This document shows positions 1-10,500 of a DNA stretch of 32,000 nucleotides, in pieces. Position 1 is the stretch's first letter; each line of letters opens with the position of its first letter. Below the pieces are notes generated by a model. That model searched no databases. It worked only from the letters and a program-made list of their open reading frames with translations, and was not told where the DNA came from. Source of the DNA: Acaryochloris marina MBIC11017 (GTDB taxonomy: Bacteria > Cyanobacteriota > Cyanobacteriia > Thermosynechococcales > Thermosynechococcaceae); the NCBI RefSeq assembly GCF_000018105.1, contig NC_009927.1:240001-272000 (forward strand), written 5' to 3'. A program made the translations under genes and the position numbers.

Positions 1-2195
1 GGAGCGGCTGAAGTTGTCTCTTCAGCATCAGTTCGTTGAGTGTTCACAGTAACAGAACCCTCTTGTTGAGTTCCAGAAGCTGATGTTGCAGTTATTTTTG
101 TATCAGGTGAAAGAAAAAGTCCTACTGTATTAATCTGAATATTTCCACCTCTGTTATTAATTGCATTAGCTGAAATGTTATTGCTCCCAAGCCCTACAAA
201 GACATCAGCATCAATCTGTATATTGCCACCAGGGCCATCACCCTTAGCTGAAGCAGAAATAGTCCCATTATTGAGTAGCAGGAAATTGGATAGTAACTGA
301 ATGTTTCCACCATTACCTAAAGCAGTAGCTAGTAACGATGCATTGTCTACTTGAATATTCTGAGCCTGAAGAGAAATATTTCCAGCATCATTTGGTCCGT
401 CATTCCGAACGTTCACTCTGCCACTATCTTTAACCAAGATAGAGTTTGCTGTGATGCGAATGGATCCGGGTTCGCCAGTTGGTATATCTGGTAATTGAAA
501 AAGTGCCCGAAAAAACTCGTTCGTTCTTTCAGAAGAAGATATTATTTGGCTACTATCACGGAAGTCATCGCTTCCTGGGATTTTTCCTTGTAATATCAAA
601 CTGCCCTGAACATCAATTTCGATATTTCCTGCATCGCCACTATTGGTAGTTGTTGAGTTAATTCTTCCCCCATCAACGATAGTTAGATTGTCCACTTTGA
701 GGAAAATATTACCTGCATCACCAGGGGAAACAGTAGTAGTACCGATAAAACTAGGATTGAATGATAAGGGTAAATCTGGGCCAATACTAATTGGAGATCC
801 CCCAGAAATGGATATATCATCAAAAGTGACTTTTATGTCACCTGTATCCCCAAGTGACAAAGGACTGGAAGAAGTAGTACTTGAGGAGATAAACCCTCCA
901 CCAGTGATAGTTAGCTGACGGCCTTGACCTTTAATGCCCCCTGCATTTCCATTCGTTGTCAAAGATGTAATGGAGCTAGGCCGAAAATTCAACGGAATAG
1001 GTGATGTTCCATCAATCAAGAGTGAGTTATCAATGGAAAAGTCTATTTTTCCTCCAGTTCCACCTGCAAAATTAAATGAATTAATAAATCCATAGCTAGT
1101 CAACACACCATTTTGTGAAGAAACTTTGATATTTGGACCTGTATAGCTTGAAAAATTTTGAGATACAATTCCACCATATGGGACAGTACCATCAGATAGT
1201 GAAACTGTTAATGCGGCTGGATCTTGCACTCCCTGAATGACTAAATCACCAGAAAGGTTAATATTGATTTGACTGTTATTATTGCTTGAATAGTTAGAAC
1301 TGATTACAAGCGATTGATCATTGATAAGTAAGTTTTTACCACGGATAAATATATTCCCTGATGGTGATCCTGTCGCAGTCAATAATGATTTATTTGATAA
1401 AGTGACATCGGCAAAGTGAACAATCTTTTCATCGTTAAATTGAAACCCTGTAGGATCGAGTGATATACCTACTTCTCCTTCATCAACACTACTCAACACT
1501 AAATTTCCTGATGGTGATGCCACAACACCACCATTAAATATAATATTCCTTCCAACAAAAGCTAAAGTTTGATTTGGAGTTTGGAAGGGAATGGATAACG
1601 GGGAGTCAACAATAGGGCTTCCAGCAGGCAATGGGTTAGCTCTTTGTAGGGAATTCCCTGTGCCCTGGATTGTAATAGATCCTGATGAAGAATCTATGCT
1701 TAAACTTACAGGTAGACTTTTACTTAATAAAGAGATTTCATTAATAGAATTTAGATCAAGTTTTTTGCCATCAAGAAAATCTATTCTATTTGCAGTAGTT
1801 GCAATAAATGATCCACCAAGACTTAACTGGCTGCGTGGACCAAAGATAATCCCATTAGGGTTGATAAGGAATAAGTTTGCTGCTCCATTCGCTTGCAATG
1901 TACCGTTAATATTAGACATTGAAGTTCCTGTAATTCTGGCAAGAATATTTTGGATACTAATATCATTCAAAAAATGGGCTGTCCGATGTGATGGCACAGA
2001 AAGAGTATCAAAGCTATGAAAAAGATTCACTCCTGAACGTGAACCACCTGTAATTACATATTTTTGCTGATTAACAGAAACTCTAGAATTATTCGGAAGT
2101 GTTGAGTCAGGAATTATCTGAGCTTGTGCTATTCCAGAAAATAGCAAAAAATACATCCCTAATCCTTCAGGGATAAAGTTATTTCTAAAAAACAT
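1..2195 (-). CDS. TPS-domain (filamentous-haemagglutinin-like, TpsA-type) secreted exoprotein, N-terminal ~731 codons; the 3' end lies beyond the left window edge
   Basis: Own minus-strand translation from ATG 2195..2193 gives MFFRNNFIPEGLGMYFLLFSGIAQA/QIIPDSTLPNNSRVSVNQQKYVITGGSRSGVNLFHSFDTLSVPSHRTAHFLNDISIQNILARITGTSMSNINGTLQANGAANLFLINPNGIIFGPRSQLSLGGSFIATT. This is a signal peptide (AQA/Q) followed by a haemagglutination-activity/TPS domain with the NPNG motif. Downstream are degenerate beta-helix repeats (DAGNIFLKVDNL, DAGNIEIDV, GGNIQL, GGNIQID, GGNIQIN). The frame (codon first bases at p = 2 mod 3) was checked at 3-70, 660-720, 1800-2195 and is protein-like and open at each. It is absent from the ORF track, presumably because it is edge-truncated. 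The + strand ORFs 643..918 and 1591..2019 are antisense artefacts. Confidence 0.8.
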   Translation of the reverse strand, partial: MFFRNNFIPEGLGMYFLLFSGIAQAQIIPDSTLPNNSRVSVNQQKYVITGGSRSGVNLFHSFDTLSVPSHRTAHFLNDISIQNILARITGTSMSNINGTLQANGAANLFLINPNGIIFGPRSQLSLGGSFIATTANRIDFLDGKKLDLNSINEISLLSKSLPVSLSIDSSSGSITIQGTGNSLQRANPLPAGSPIVDSPLSIPFQTPNQTLAFVGRNIIFNGGVVASPSGNLVLSSVDEGEVGISLDPTGFQFNDEKIVHFADVTLSNKSLLTATGSPSGNIFIRGKNLLINDQSLVISSNYSSNNNSQININLSGDLVIQGVQDPAALTVSLSDGTVPYGGIVSQNFSSYTGPNIKVSSQNGVLTSYGFINSFNFAGGTGGKIDFSIDNSLLIDGTSPIPLNFRPSSITSLTTNGNAGGIKGQGRQLTITGGGFISSSTTSSSPLSLGDTGDIKVTFDDISISGGSPISIGPDLPLSFNPSFIGTTTVSPGDAGNIFLKVDNLTIVDGGRINSTTTNSGDAGNIEIDVQGSLILQGKIPGSDDFRDSSQIISSSERTNEFFRALFQLPDIPTGEPGSIRITANSILVKDSGRVNVRNDGPNDAGNISLQAQNIQVDNASLLATALGNGGNIQLLSNFLLLNNGTISASAKGDGPGGNIQIDADVFVGLGSNNISANAINNRGGNIQINTVGLFLSPDTKITATSASGTQQEGSVTVNTQRTDAEETTSAA

Positions 2196-2198
2196 CTT

Positions 2199-3521
2199 TT
2201 AGTTAATACGAAGTTTAGTTATAAGGCCATCTTTAGGTCTGGGTAGGGGGACTAGATCATACTCAAGATTTTGATTTGGCAACAGTTCCCAATCACATTG
2301 AGATATTAGAGAAGATGCAAATATTTTCATCTCTAGCATGGCAAAGTCTTTGCCAATGCATTCTCTGACACCCCCTCCAAAAGGAATATAGTTGGAGCTT
2401 TTAACTAGCTCTTTATGCTCAGCAGGATTGAAGTTCTCAGGATTAAATGAATGTGGGTTTGGGTAAGTTTCCTTATTGTAATGAGTGAAATCTATTTGAT
2501 AAAAAACAAGCCATCCTTTTTCGACTTTATATCCACCGATCTCACATTCTTTTAAGACTTTACGAAAACCAGACACAACTGACGGTACAATCCTCATAGA
2601 CTCTAGAAGTACTTTGTCTAGATAAGGCATTGAAGACTGATTTATATCTGGATTATGGGGGATGTTGCTTTGTTCCTCTTTACATCGACTTAAAATATCA
2701 GGGTGCAAAGATAAATTCCTGCATAATGAGCAAAGTGATGACGTTAGTGTTTCATGGCCTGCAAATAAGAGAAGCAGAATTTGGTGCTTTACTTCTTCAA
2801 CTGAGAGCTTTTCTCCATCCTCCAACTCTGCATCCATTAAATGAAATAGAGCATCATCATACGTCTGACTGCTACTCAATCGATCTTGAATAATTTCATC
2901 TACTAGCTTAATTAGTTTCTTCCTATCGACTAGAGACTTTCTTGTTTTTGTAAATGGAAGGGGTGGGGCAATCGCAAATAATCCATTACTCCAGCTTTTG
3001 AAGTATTCACATAGTTTAGTTTCAGAACCATTGTCTAAACTGATTAGATATTTTGATGCGATATCAAAAGTATAGTTGCGTAGCTCGTCGTACCACTTAA
3101 AGCTATCTGTCTTTGCCCATTTATTTATATAGCTTTGTGTAATCGCGTGAATCGTTTCCTGATAAGATGCTAGTCTCCTGGGTGAAAAAGCTTTGAGGAT
3201 TAACTTTCGACGTTTTAGGTGAGTTTCCCCAGTCTGTAGCGATAAGGAATATTCACCTAAAAGTGATTTCACGTTGCCTACGGGGAAAGCCTGAAAAAAC
3301 TTATTTTCATTAGAAAGTATGAAATTAACTTCATCTCCTCCACCTACAAAAACAATAGGTGTTCCAAAAAGGCTAGTTATAAAAATATTTCCATACTTCT
3401 TTTGATGGTCACTAATAAAGTTCTTATTCTTGATGAATTCTAAAGATTCACCAACAATAGGCAAGCCTAAACTACCTGGAGGTAAGCTCGCTTCTGTATA
3501 TTCTAATGTCTCTAAAGTCAT
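2199..3521 (-). CDS. cytochrome P450 monooxygenase (CYP120-like N-terminus)
   Basis: 440 aa. Motifs seen: heme Cys-ligand loop FGGGVRECIGKDFA (FxxGxRxCxG), I-helix AGHETLTS (A/G-G-x-x-T), ExxR as ESMR, and N-terminal LPPGSLGLPIVGESLEFI typical of soluble bacterial P450s. Confidence 0.9.
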   Translation of the reverse strand: MTLETLEYTEASLPPGSLGLPIVGESLEFIKNKNFISDHQKKYGNIFITSLFGTPIVFVGGGDEVNFILSNENKFFQAFPVGNVKSLLGEYSLSLQTGETHLKRRKLILKAFSPRRLASYQETIHAITQSYINKWAKTDSFKWYDELRNYTFDIASKYLISLDNGSETKLCEYFKSWSNGLFAIAPPLPFTKTRKSLVDRKKLIKLVDEIIQDRLSSSQTYDDALFHLMDAELEDGEKLSVEEVKHQILLLLFAGHETLTSSLCSLCRNLSLHPDILSRCKEEQSNIPHNPDINQSSMPYLDKVLLESMRIVPSVVSGFRKVLKECEIGGYKVEKGWLVFYQIDFTHYNKETYPNPHSFNPENFNPAEHKELVKSSNYIPFGGGVRECIGKDFAMLEMKIFASSLISQCDWELLPNQNLEYDLVPLPRPKDGLITKLRIN

Positions 3522-3933
3522 TATGTTGAAGTGAATAAGCAGTTTTCAGTTTGATGAGGCAAACCCTTTTTCCTCTACTGAAAATATTCAATTGACAATA
3601 TGACTAAAAGATTAGTCTATACTTTCTGAAGTAAAAGATATATAGAATCTATCACTAAACATAACTGTTATTGCATGTTCGAGTGTAATTTAAGGACGTT
3701 GAATACTCTTTTTTACTCCTAAAAAAAACGGTATTACAGTACTGTACATCATAACCATGCAATAACTGTAATCTACTCCTGTAGCCTTCTTTGAACTAAA
3801 TAAGACTTATAAGGTTATAAGGGTAGATTTAGTACAAAATATAAACAATAGGCGAGGATTTATTATTTTTTGCTCGTTTTTGGGTTATTAAATGGCATGA
3901 TTCTTTCTAAGGACAATATTCAGTTAATGATTT

Positions 3934-4692
3934 ATGGCTTGTTTGCAGGGAAAAATTGCTGTTGTTACAGGTGCTGCATCTGGCCTTGGGAAAGCCATCG
4001 TTGAGCGATTTTCCAAGGAAGGTGCCCAAATTGTTGTTGCAGATATCAACGAAGATTTAGGGCGGGATGTATCGGCATCACTAGCTTCCAGCCACTTCAT
4101 TAAAGTAGATGTCACGGATCCAGCTTCTGTTGAGAAATTGGTGAGGTCTTCAGTTGAGCGCTATGGGCAAATAGATATTCTGGTGAATAATGCTGGAATT
4201 GAAGGTGAATTATCACCGACTATCGATAGTAGCCTTGAGAATTGGCATAAAGTAATTGCTGTTAATTTAGATGGTGTCTATTTTGGTATTAAATACGGTG
4301 TTGCCGCCATGCTAGCTAATCGTAATGGTGGAGTCGTACTTAATATGTCATCAATTGTAGGTCTGGTTGGTTTTGGTAATCTCCCACCATACTCTGCTTC
4401 AAAGGCTGGTGTGATACAGCTTTCAAGGGCTGCTGCAGTTGAATACGCTGCCCAGAGAATACGAGTCAATGCTATCTGTCCAACTGTTGTCAGAACACCA
4501 CTATTAGAGCGGGTCATCGAAAATAGTCCAGATCCAAAACAGACTCGTGAGCGGATGGAAAATATGAACCCCTTACCTGGTTTACCCACCCCAGATGATA
4601 TAGCTGCCGCCACATTATTCCTCGCTAGCGATGAAGCCAAGTTTATAACTGGAATAGCACTACCGATAGATGGGGGGTATACAGCTAGATAA
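3934..4692 (+). CDS. classical short-chain dehydrogenase/reductase (SDR)
   Basis: 252 aa. Motifs seen: cofactor motif TGAASGLGKA (TGxxxGxG), NNAG, catalytic YSASK (YxxxK) preceded by a Ser (MSS), and PIDGG near the C-terminus. Confidence 0.9.
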   Translation: MACLQGKIAVVTGAASGLGKAIVERFSKEGAQIVVADINEDLGRDVSASLASSHFIKVDVTDPASVEKLVRSSVERYGQIDILVNNAGIEGELSPTIDSSLENWHKVIAVNLDGVYFGIKYGVAAMLANRNGGVVLNMSSIVGLVGFGNLPPYSASKAGVIQLSRAAAVEYAAQRIRVNAICPTVVRTPLLERVIENSPDPKQTRERMENMNPLPGLPTPDDIAAATLFLASDEAKFITGIALPIDGGYTAR

Positions 4693-4784
4693 AGTGATCT
4701 AAAAATTTCTTGAACAGAATTTGATGAGCAGTAAGCAAAGACAAAACCTAGCTGTGGAGGCATGGTTTAAAAACAGGGGATTTT

Positions 4785-6407
4785 AGGTTACACTTCCACG
4801 GCAAAATAAACCATCATTTCTTCGATGGCTTGAGGTCTACTTCTACCCAATCAGGTCAGACTATGCCCTTTGGAATCGCTTGAATCCCAACAACTCTAGC
4901 CAGTGGGGATGAGGTTCTCCGGTTAGCAATTCCTTAGGGCTTTTACCCTCGCGCTCAGGAACCTCACTACGCATGAAGCAGCGGTGATTCAAGAAGTACT
5001 GCAACAGTCCCAAATAAGAGTTTCCAAGGGTACGGCGTAGAAAGAAGTAGTTGCGCAGCCGGGAGTTGAGATTCTCTACTAACGAACTGGCTCTAGGTGT
5101 CTGTTTGAGGGCTTCAGTGACTGCCTCCATCAGAAGGTGAAACTTTCCAGAAAGTCCCCGATACAATTGATTCCACTTTTCCCAGTAGGCATTGGAAGTG
5201 GGCTGTTTACGATGCAACAGACAGACGTCTCTAACCTTGGCTAGTGAGACTTCCAGACGTTCAGCAATCTCAGCAAGCTTTTGATCCAAAACACCCGAAA
5301 ATGCCAGGAGCTGATCGCGTTGATTGTGTAATGCTTTCCATAGTTTGCGCAGCATGGGGAACTCACCATCATCGCGCTGTTTGAGTTCTATTTTGATGAA
5401 GTCAAATAACTCCTGACGGACTGACAAGAGGGGACCTGCCAGTTCGAGGACATCATGGGCCATCCACTGGAACAGAATTTTGACATCTTTGGCCAAACCT
5501 AGAAGTCTCTGTTCTCGACGCTTGAGGTGGACCCACTTGCTCGTCAATGACCGCGTGGATTCTTGGGCAAGGTGGGCTTTAGCGATGTCCTCTTCCAATT
5601 TCATTCGCGATGTAGTGGCCCCATTAGCCTTGCGCGTCAAACTCAGAACCAGTTCCTCAAACTGATGGAGGATATGGAAGACATCTCCATTGCAGGGAGT
5701 GCTGGGCATGACTGCTTTTTGTCCTGCCCTCAAGCCTTTTGCAGCATCCGCAATCGTGAAATCAGGGTCGAAACCTTGGGATTGAAGTTCGAGTAAGTAC
5801 CATCCCCAGGTGTCTTCATCCCGATGCTCTGCAGCTTTGAGGAGGTAGCAGTAGGTGGAGGAAGCATCTACTCCAGCCAATACGGGCAGAGAACCTTGAA
5901 AGATTTCATCATGAAGACCCTGCTTAATCGTAGACAAGTCTTGCGATTGGTTGATTTCTTCTGCCTTGGCCGCTGCAACTTCCAAACGATTACGAACTGT
6001 TCCCAAGCTGATGGACCAGTCGAACAGATCACGCAACAGCTCAACAACCCCTCGATAAGAGGAATGGCAGATCAGCACCAACGCTAGAATCAGTTGGAAC
6101 AACCAAGTTTTGGTGATCGGTAGATAGAACAGAACCTCGTCATCCCCTTTATCGCCGAGGAAGGATTCATCCAACGCTTGAGCAGCAATTGCTTTCTGCT
6201 CATAGACAAACTTGCGACTGGTTTGATTCTCTCTAGCAATGCGAGCAATGGGAATGGATCTTGATAGAGCCTGAATGCCGATATCTTTGCGGATCTTTGG
6301 CGGAAGTGTGGCTGCAATTGCAGGAGTTGAAATCATGCGGAGGATCAATTCAGGGGAGTGACATTAAGACTTCAGGTTACCTTGATCGCTCCTGAAGTGT
6401 TACCCAC
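4785..6407. mobile_element. putative IS element carrying the transposase; ends are tentative
   Basis: Imperfect terminal inverted repeat candidate: AGGTTACACTTCC at 4785-4797 versus the reverse complement of 6395-6407 (GGGTAACACTTCA), 10/13 identical. No convincing target-site duplication was seen, so the boundaries are weak. Confidence 0.25.
4861..6348 (-). CDS. DDE-type transposase (IS256/Mutator-like motif layout; family not assigned)
   Basis: 495 aa. The N-terminus is HTH-like (IARIARENQTSRKFVYEQK). Candidate catalytic triad context: LAGVDASSTYCYL (D), FTIADAAKGLRAG (D, similar to the SDAHxGL block of IS256-type enzymes) and SSLVENLNSRLRNYFFLRR (E-x-x-N-x-x-L-R block). GC is ~52% (hand count of one 60-nt line), higher than the flanking SDR gene. 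Confidence 0.6.
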   Translation of the reverse strand: MILRMISTPAIAATLPPKIRKDIGIQALSRSIPIARIARENQTSRKFVYEQKAIAAQALDESFLGDKGDDEVLFYLPITKTWLFQLILALVLICHSSYRGVVELLRDLFDWSISLGTVRNRLEVAAAKAEEINQSQDLSTIKQGLHDEIFQGSLPVLAGVDASSTYCYLLKAAEHRDEDTWGWYLLELQSQGFDPDFTIADAAKGLRAGQKAVMPSTPCNGDVFHILHQFEELVLSLTRKANGATTSRMKLEEDIAKAHLAQESTRSLTSKWVHLKRREQRLLGLAKDVKILFQWMAHDVLELAGPLLSVRQELFDFIKIELKQRDDGEFPMLRKLWKALHNQRDQLLAFSGVLDQKLAEIAERLEVSLAKVRDVCLLHRKQPTSNAYWEKWNQLYRGLSGKFHLLMEAVTEALKQTPRASSLVENLNSRLRNYFFLRRTLGNSYLGLLQYFLNHRCFMRSEVPEREGKSPKELLTGEPHPHWLELLGFKRFQRA

Positions 6408-6607
6408 TTTTGATCCAAGCCTATTTGCCTAAGTCAATGCCTAGAATTTTCATAGAACTTCTCCTGTGGGTTGGGGAATCGGTTGACAGGTCAATGTTTT
6501 GTTCAAATTGTCCTGGTTTTCCAACCCACGGCTTACATGGATTCTGAATTCACAAGGGCACAGATGAGATGATCTGCCCAGTCTTATCAACGGTGATAAC
6601 TTCTTTG

Positions 6608-7240
6608 TTAGTACTCGTCGGGGTTAAGCGATCTTTTTTTTTCGATATTGGGATCGACAATTTCACCCTCAAGAATCAACCCCTGATCCTGATGTGGGTT
6701 CAGTTGTCGAAGTGATTTAGCAAGTAGCTGATCCTTGAGAAGGGCAAAGTCTTTGTCAGTGGCCCCAAGTTGTTTGAGGACATCGATTTTATCCTTAAAA
6801 TTCTCCAGTTCTAGTTTCTCAGCCTCGATCCGGGACCGATACTGTCTATCTTTCTGGCGCTCATGCCGATCATTCAGGTAAAGCCTAATTTTCTCCAAAG
6901 GATTGAGCTTACCCAGAAAATCCCAAAACCCAGGCGAGTGCAGCTCAACCCCAATCAGCCTCAGCCGATCCGCTTCGGGGACCATCGCCGCGACTTTTTC
7001 AGGGGTGGGCGGCCACCATGCCATCCACAATAGGTTTCGGATCGGTAGCCCCGGATTATTGCCCGTGCGATAGAATTCTTCGGCCTCTTCAAGGATGCTA
7101 TCGAAGACATAGGCACTGTTATAGGCATACTCTAGATCTCGCAAGAATCCAGAAACATCACCCACATAGGCATCCCCATCCCCGAAAATTCGGAGAGCAC
7201 TTCCTTGGGATGTTTCAGTAGCTGTGAGTGTTGAGACCAC
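6608..7240 (-). CDS. hypothetical protein with charged coiled-coil C-terminal half
   Basis: 210 aa with a GTG start. I recognise no catalytic motif. Distinctive blocks are WMAWWPPTPEKV, LHSPGFWDFLGKLNPLEKIRLYLNDRHERQKDRQYRSRIEAEKLELENFK. Codon composition (~50% GC) differs from the adjacent low-GC STAND gene. Confidence 0.5.
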   Translation of the reverse strand: MVSTLTATETSQGSALRIFGDGDAYVGDVSGFLRDLEYAYNSAYVFDSILEEAEEFYRTGNNPGLPIRNLLWMAWWPPTPEKVAAMVPEADRLRLIGVELHSPGFWDFLGKLNPLEKIRLYLNDRHERQKDRQYRSRIEAEKLELENFKDKIDVLKQLGATDKDFALLKDQLLAKSLRQLNPHQDQGLILEGEIVDPNIEKKRSLNPDEY

Positions 7241-7543
7241 GCGATGACTTAATCAGGGCTGAAATCAAGATAAGGGCTTTAACGGCCAAGATCAAGGGAA
7301 TTTAGGAGTTTTCCTGATCTTCTAAAGACGATTCTTTCTCTTCCAAGGCAATATTCTTAGGATGGGGTACGGGTCTTTTACTAAGCACCATGAAAACGCC
7401 ATGTTCCTTGACCAATCATCGCAGCGATGCTCATAACCGTTCCAAGTTCTGCCTGTCTGCCTACTAAGTGTATGGAGGACTCTGTTAAAGCAAAACAGTT
7501 ATGCTTACATTTGATTTTTCTTGTATGAAAAAATACTCAAGTG

Positions 7544-10500
7544 TCAGCTTCGACAGATTCCTCCTAAAGCGAGTAATGTTTCTTTCTGAGCATCGGTCAA
7601 ACCTGTTGTTTCAGTAATATTCATTCCTGCATATGGCTTAGTAGGTCTAAGAGTAGCTATGCATTTTCCCATTGAAACATTCCAAATTTTTATTGTTTCA
7701 TCCTGACTGCTAGTGACAAGTAATTGACCATCAAAACTAAACGATGCTGAGAATATTGCATTAGTATGTCCTTCCAAGATTCTCAAACACTGCCCAGTAT
7801 CAACCTTCCACAATCGAACTGTATGGTCAACACTCGCTGTAGCAAGCAACTGCCCATCAGGACTGAAGTCCATATCCCAAATTGGATGGGAGTGACCTTC
7901 AAGCTTATGGATATATTGGTTCGTATTTAAATCCCAAAGTATTGCTGTGTGATCAAAACTGCCGCTGGCGAGTATTGTTCCATTGGGACAAAAAGCAACT
8001 GAGCTCACACATGATGAGTGGCCATTCAAAGTATTTAAACATTTCTCTGATTGTATATTCCATAGCTTTATGGAACAATCAAAGCTTCCTGTGGCAAGAA
8101 TTTCTTCTTTAGGACTAAAAGCAACGGACCATATCCAATGATTATGTCCCTGAAATGTTGTAAGACATACGCCTTTTTGAGTATCCCATAACTTAACAGT
8201 TTGATCAGAGCCACAGCTTGCCAGAATTTTCCCTTTTGGATGGAATGCAAGTGACCAAATACCCTTATCATGTCCACTTAGGATATGCTTACACTGTCCA
8301 GTTTGGACATCCCATAGTCTAATAGTTTTATCATTTGTACTACTGCCACTTGCAATAACTTGTTCAAGAGGGCTAAAAGCAATAGCTCTGATAGCATCTG
8401 TGTGTCCAGCTAGAGTTACACATTGCTTACTTCTTAGAGACCAAATTCTGAGTAATTTGTCTTCACCTCCGCTAATGATGTACTGATTTTCTTGATGAAC
8501 TGTCTTAGAACTTTCAAAATGATTAATCGGTAATCTTGCAAAGAGGGCTGCCCATGTTGCCTGTGTATAGCCTAATAATGTATGCAAACACATACCACTT
8601 TTAATGTCCCAAATCTTGATAGAACCATCCTCAGAACCGCTTGCAATTGTTCTTTGGGTAGAATTGATAGCTACTGACCAAACCCAATTCGTATGGCCAA
8701 AAAGAGTTTTCAAGCATTGTGTAGTTCTTATATCCCAGATTTTTATAAGATGATCTGCTCCGCCACTAATCAAGTAGTCACCAGATGGACTGAATACGAT
8801 ACAGCGTAATGCATTGGAGTGCCCTACTAAAGTACTAGTGCATGCACCATTTATCACGTTCCATAGCTTAATGGTCTCATCATCACTGGCACTGGCAAGT
8901 GCTTGTCCATCAGGACTATAAGTAATAGACCAAACCCAACCTTCATGGCCAGACCAAGCTTTCAAACAAAGACCACTTTTGATATCCCAAATACGGATAG
9001 TTCCATCAGCATATCCAATGGCCAGGTTTTGTCCATCAGGACTAAAGGCGGTAGAACGAGCGCCATGACTATACTTAAATATTTTATGACATTGACCTGA
9101 TTGGCTATTCCATAACCTCACGGTGCCATCATCACTACCACTAACTAATTGCTGACCGTCAGGACTGAAATTAATTGAGTAAACAACATTAGTATGACCT
9201 GTTAACAGCTTCAGATTCTCACCTTTTTCCACATCCCAAATCATTATCGTTTGATCAGGGCTACCACTAGCAATAAGATTGCCTGTAGGACTAAAAACTA
9301 TAGATTGTACCCAAGATGTATGGCCTGTTATAGTGCGTAGATGTTGTCCATTTTCAGAATCGAAAAGACGAATCTTTCCATTAACATCTCCTGCAGCAAT
9401 CATCTGATCATCTGGGGAAAAGGCAATTGAGTGAACACTACCTAAAGTTTGTGAAAAAACAGATTTTGATAAGTCTGAGCCAGTGAAATTAACTCCGTAT
9501 AAGTTAATTCCCCTCATATCAGCTTGCCAGACCGAGAGATGAGAAAAGTTGTGGTCACTTAAATCTACTTGTAAATGTCGAAATAAATTCACAATATTTC
9601 CACCAACATATCCCATTTCTTCCAGAGACTTTCCACGAGTAAGTGAAAGTAAACGAGATAAACAAGATGCTACGTTTGGCTTACTCCCCAAAAGCGTAAT
9701 TAGTTCATCTATCAGTGGTCGTAAGATAAGATGGACCTGTGCTTCCTGAACATATTCTTTGGCTTGAGCTTTAACTAGAGCATGAGTTCTTAATAGATGT
9801 AACTGCTGTATTTTGCTATCAATATCGTTGCTGTAGATCTGAATCTCATTGCAGATTTGCTGGATAAATTTATGGGTTAAAAATTCCATCAAAACAGGTT
9901 GAAGAGTATAACCCTCAATGGTCACCTCAATTAAAGATCTACCTTTTAGAGACTCAAGGGCTTCGATGAGGGTCTGCTGATGATGTGAAGCTAGAAGGTC
10001 ATCCCTCAGGCTGAGGAGAGTAACTGGTTCACGATTAATAGCTAGCCAGTACATTAGATATTTCTCTACCTGTGATAAGCGATTAAATTGATGTTCCAGT
10101 AAATCCCTTATATCGCCAAAATTAGCTATATGATTTATTAACTTGGGAATACGCCCTAAAAAAATGGTTTTGATTGTTGCAGCCACAATATTCAAAGCCA
10201 GTGGATTCCCGGAATAATAATTCACAAGTTCAACAGATTCATATTCAACATCCTGTAATCCCTTGGCATTCAGTAGAGCCTTCCCTACCTTTAGAGAAAT
10301 TCCTGAGAGTTCAAGGGAACGAACAGGAGAATTTTTCCCTTCCCGCATCGATAAACTTTTTGGTCGTTCTCGACTGGTTAACAATACACAGCTTTGATGG
10401 GATTCGTCAGCAAGTCTACGTAGTAGATGGCCATACCCTTCATATCCTTTCAAATATCGTCCGCCAAGCTGACCACTCTGTAAAACAGATTCAATATTAT

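Noticed and set aside
643-2019. ORFs 643..918 and 1591..2019 on the + strand.
   Set aside because: They are antisense to the TPS-domain exoprotein reading frame, which is open and domain-bearing across the whole 1-2195 interval.
4278-4763. 161-aa minus-strand ORF antisense to the SDR gene, and 63-aa ORF 3924..4115.
   Set aside because: The + strand product has the complete SDR motif set (TGxxxGxG, NNAG, YxxxK). The antisense translation is featureless.
5480-6317. ORFs 5480..5665, 5563..5796, 5824..6087 (+) and 6090..6317 (-) within the transposase gene.
   Set aside because: They are nested in or antisense to the 495-aa transposase ORF, with no independent support.
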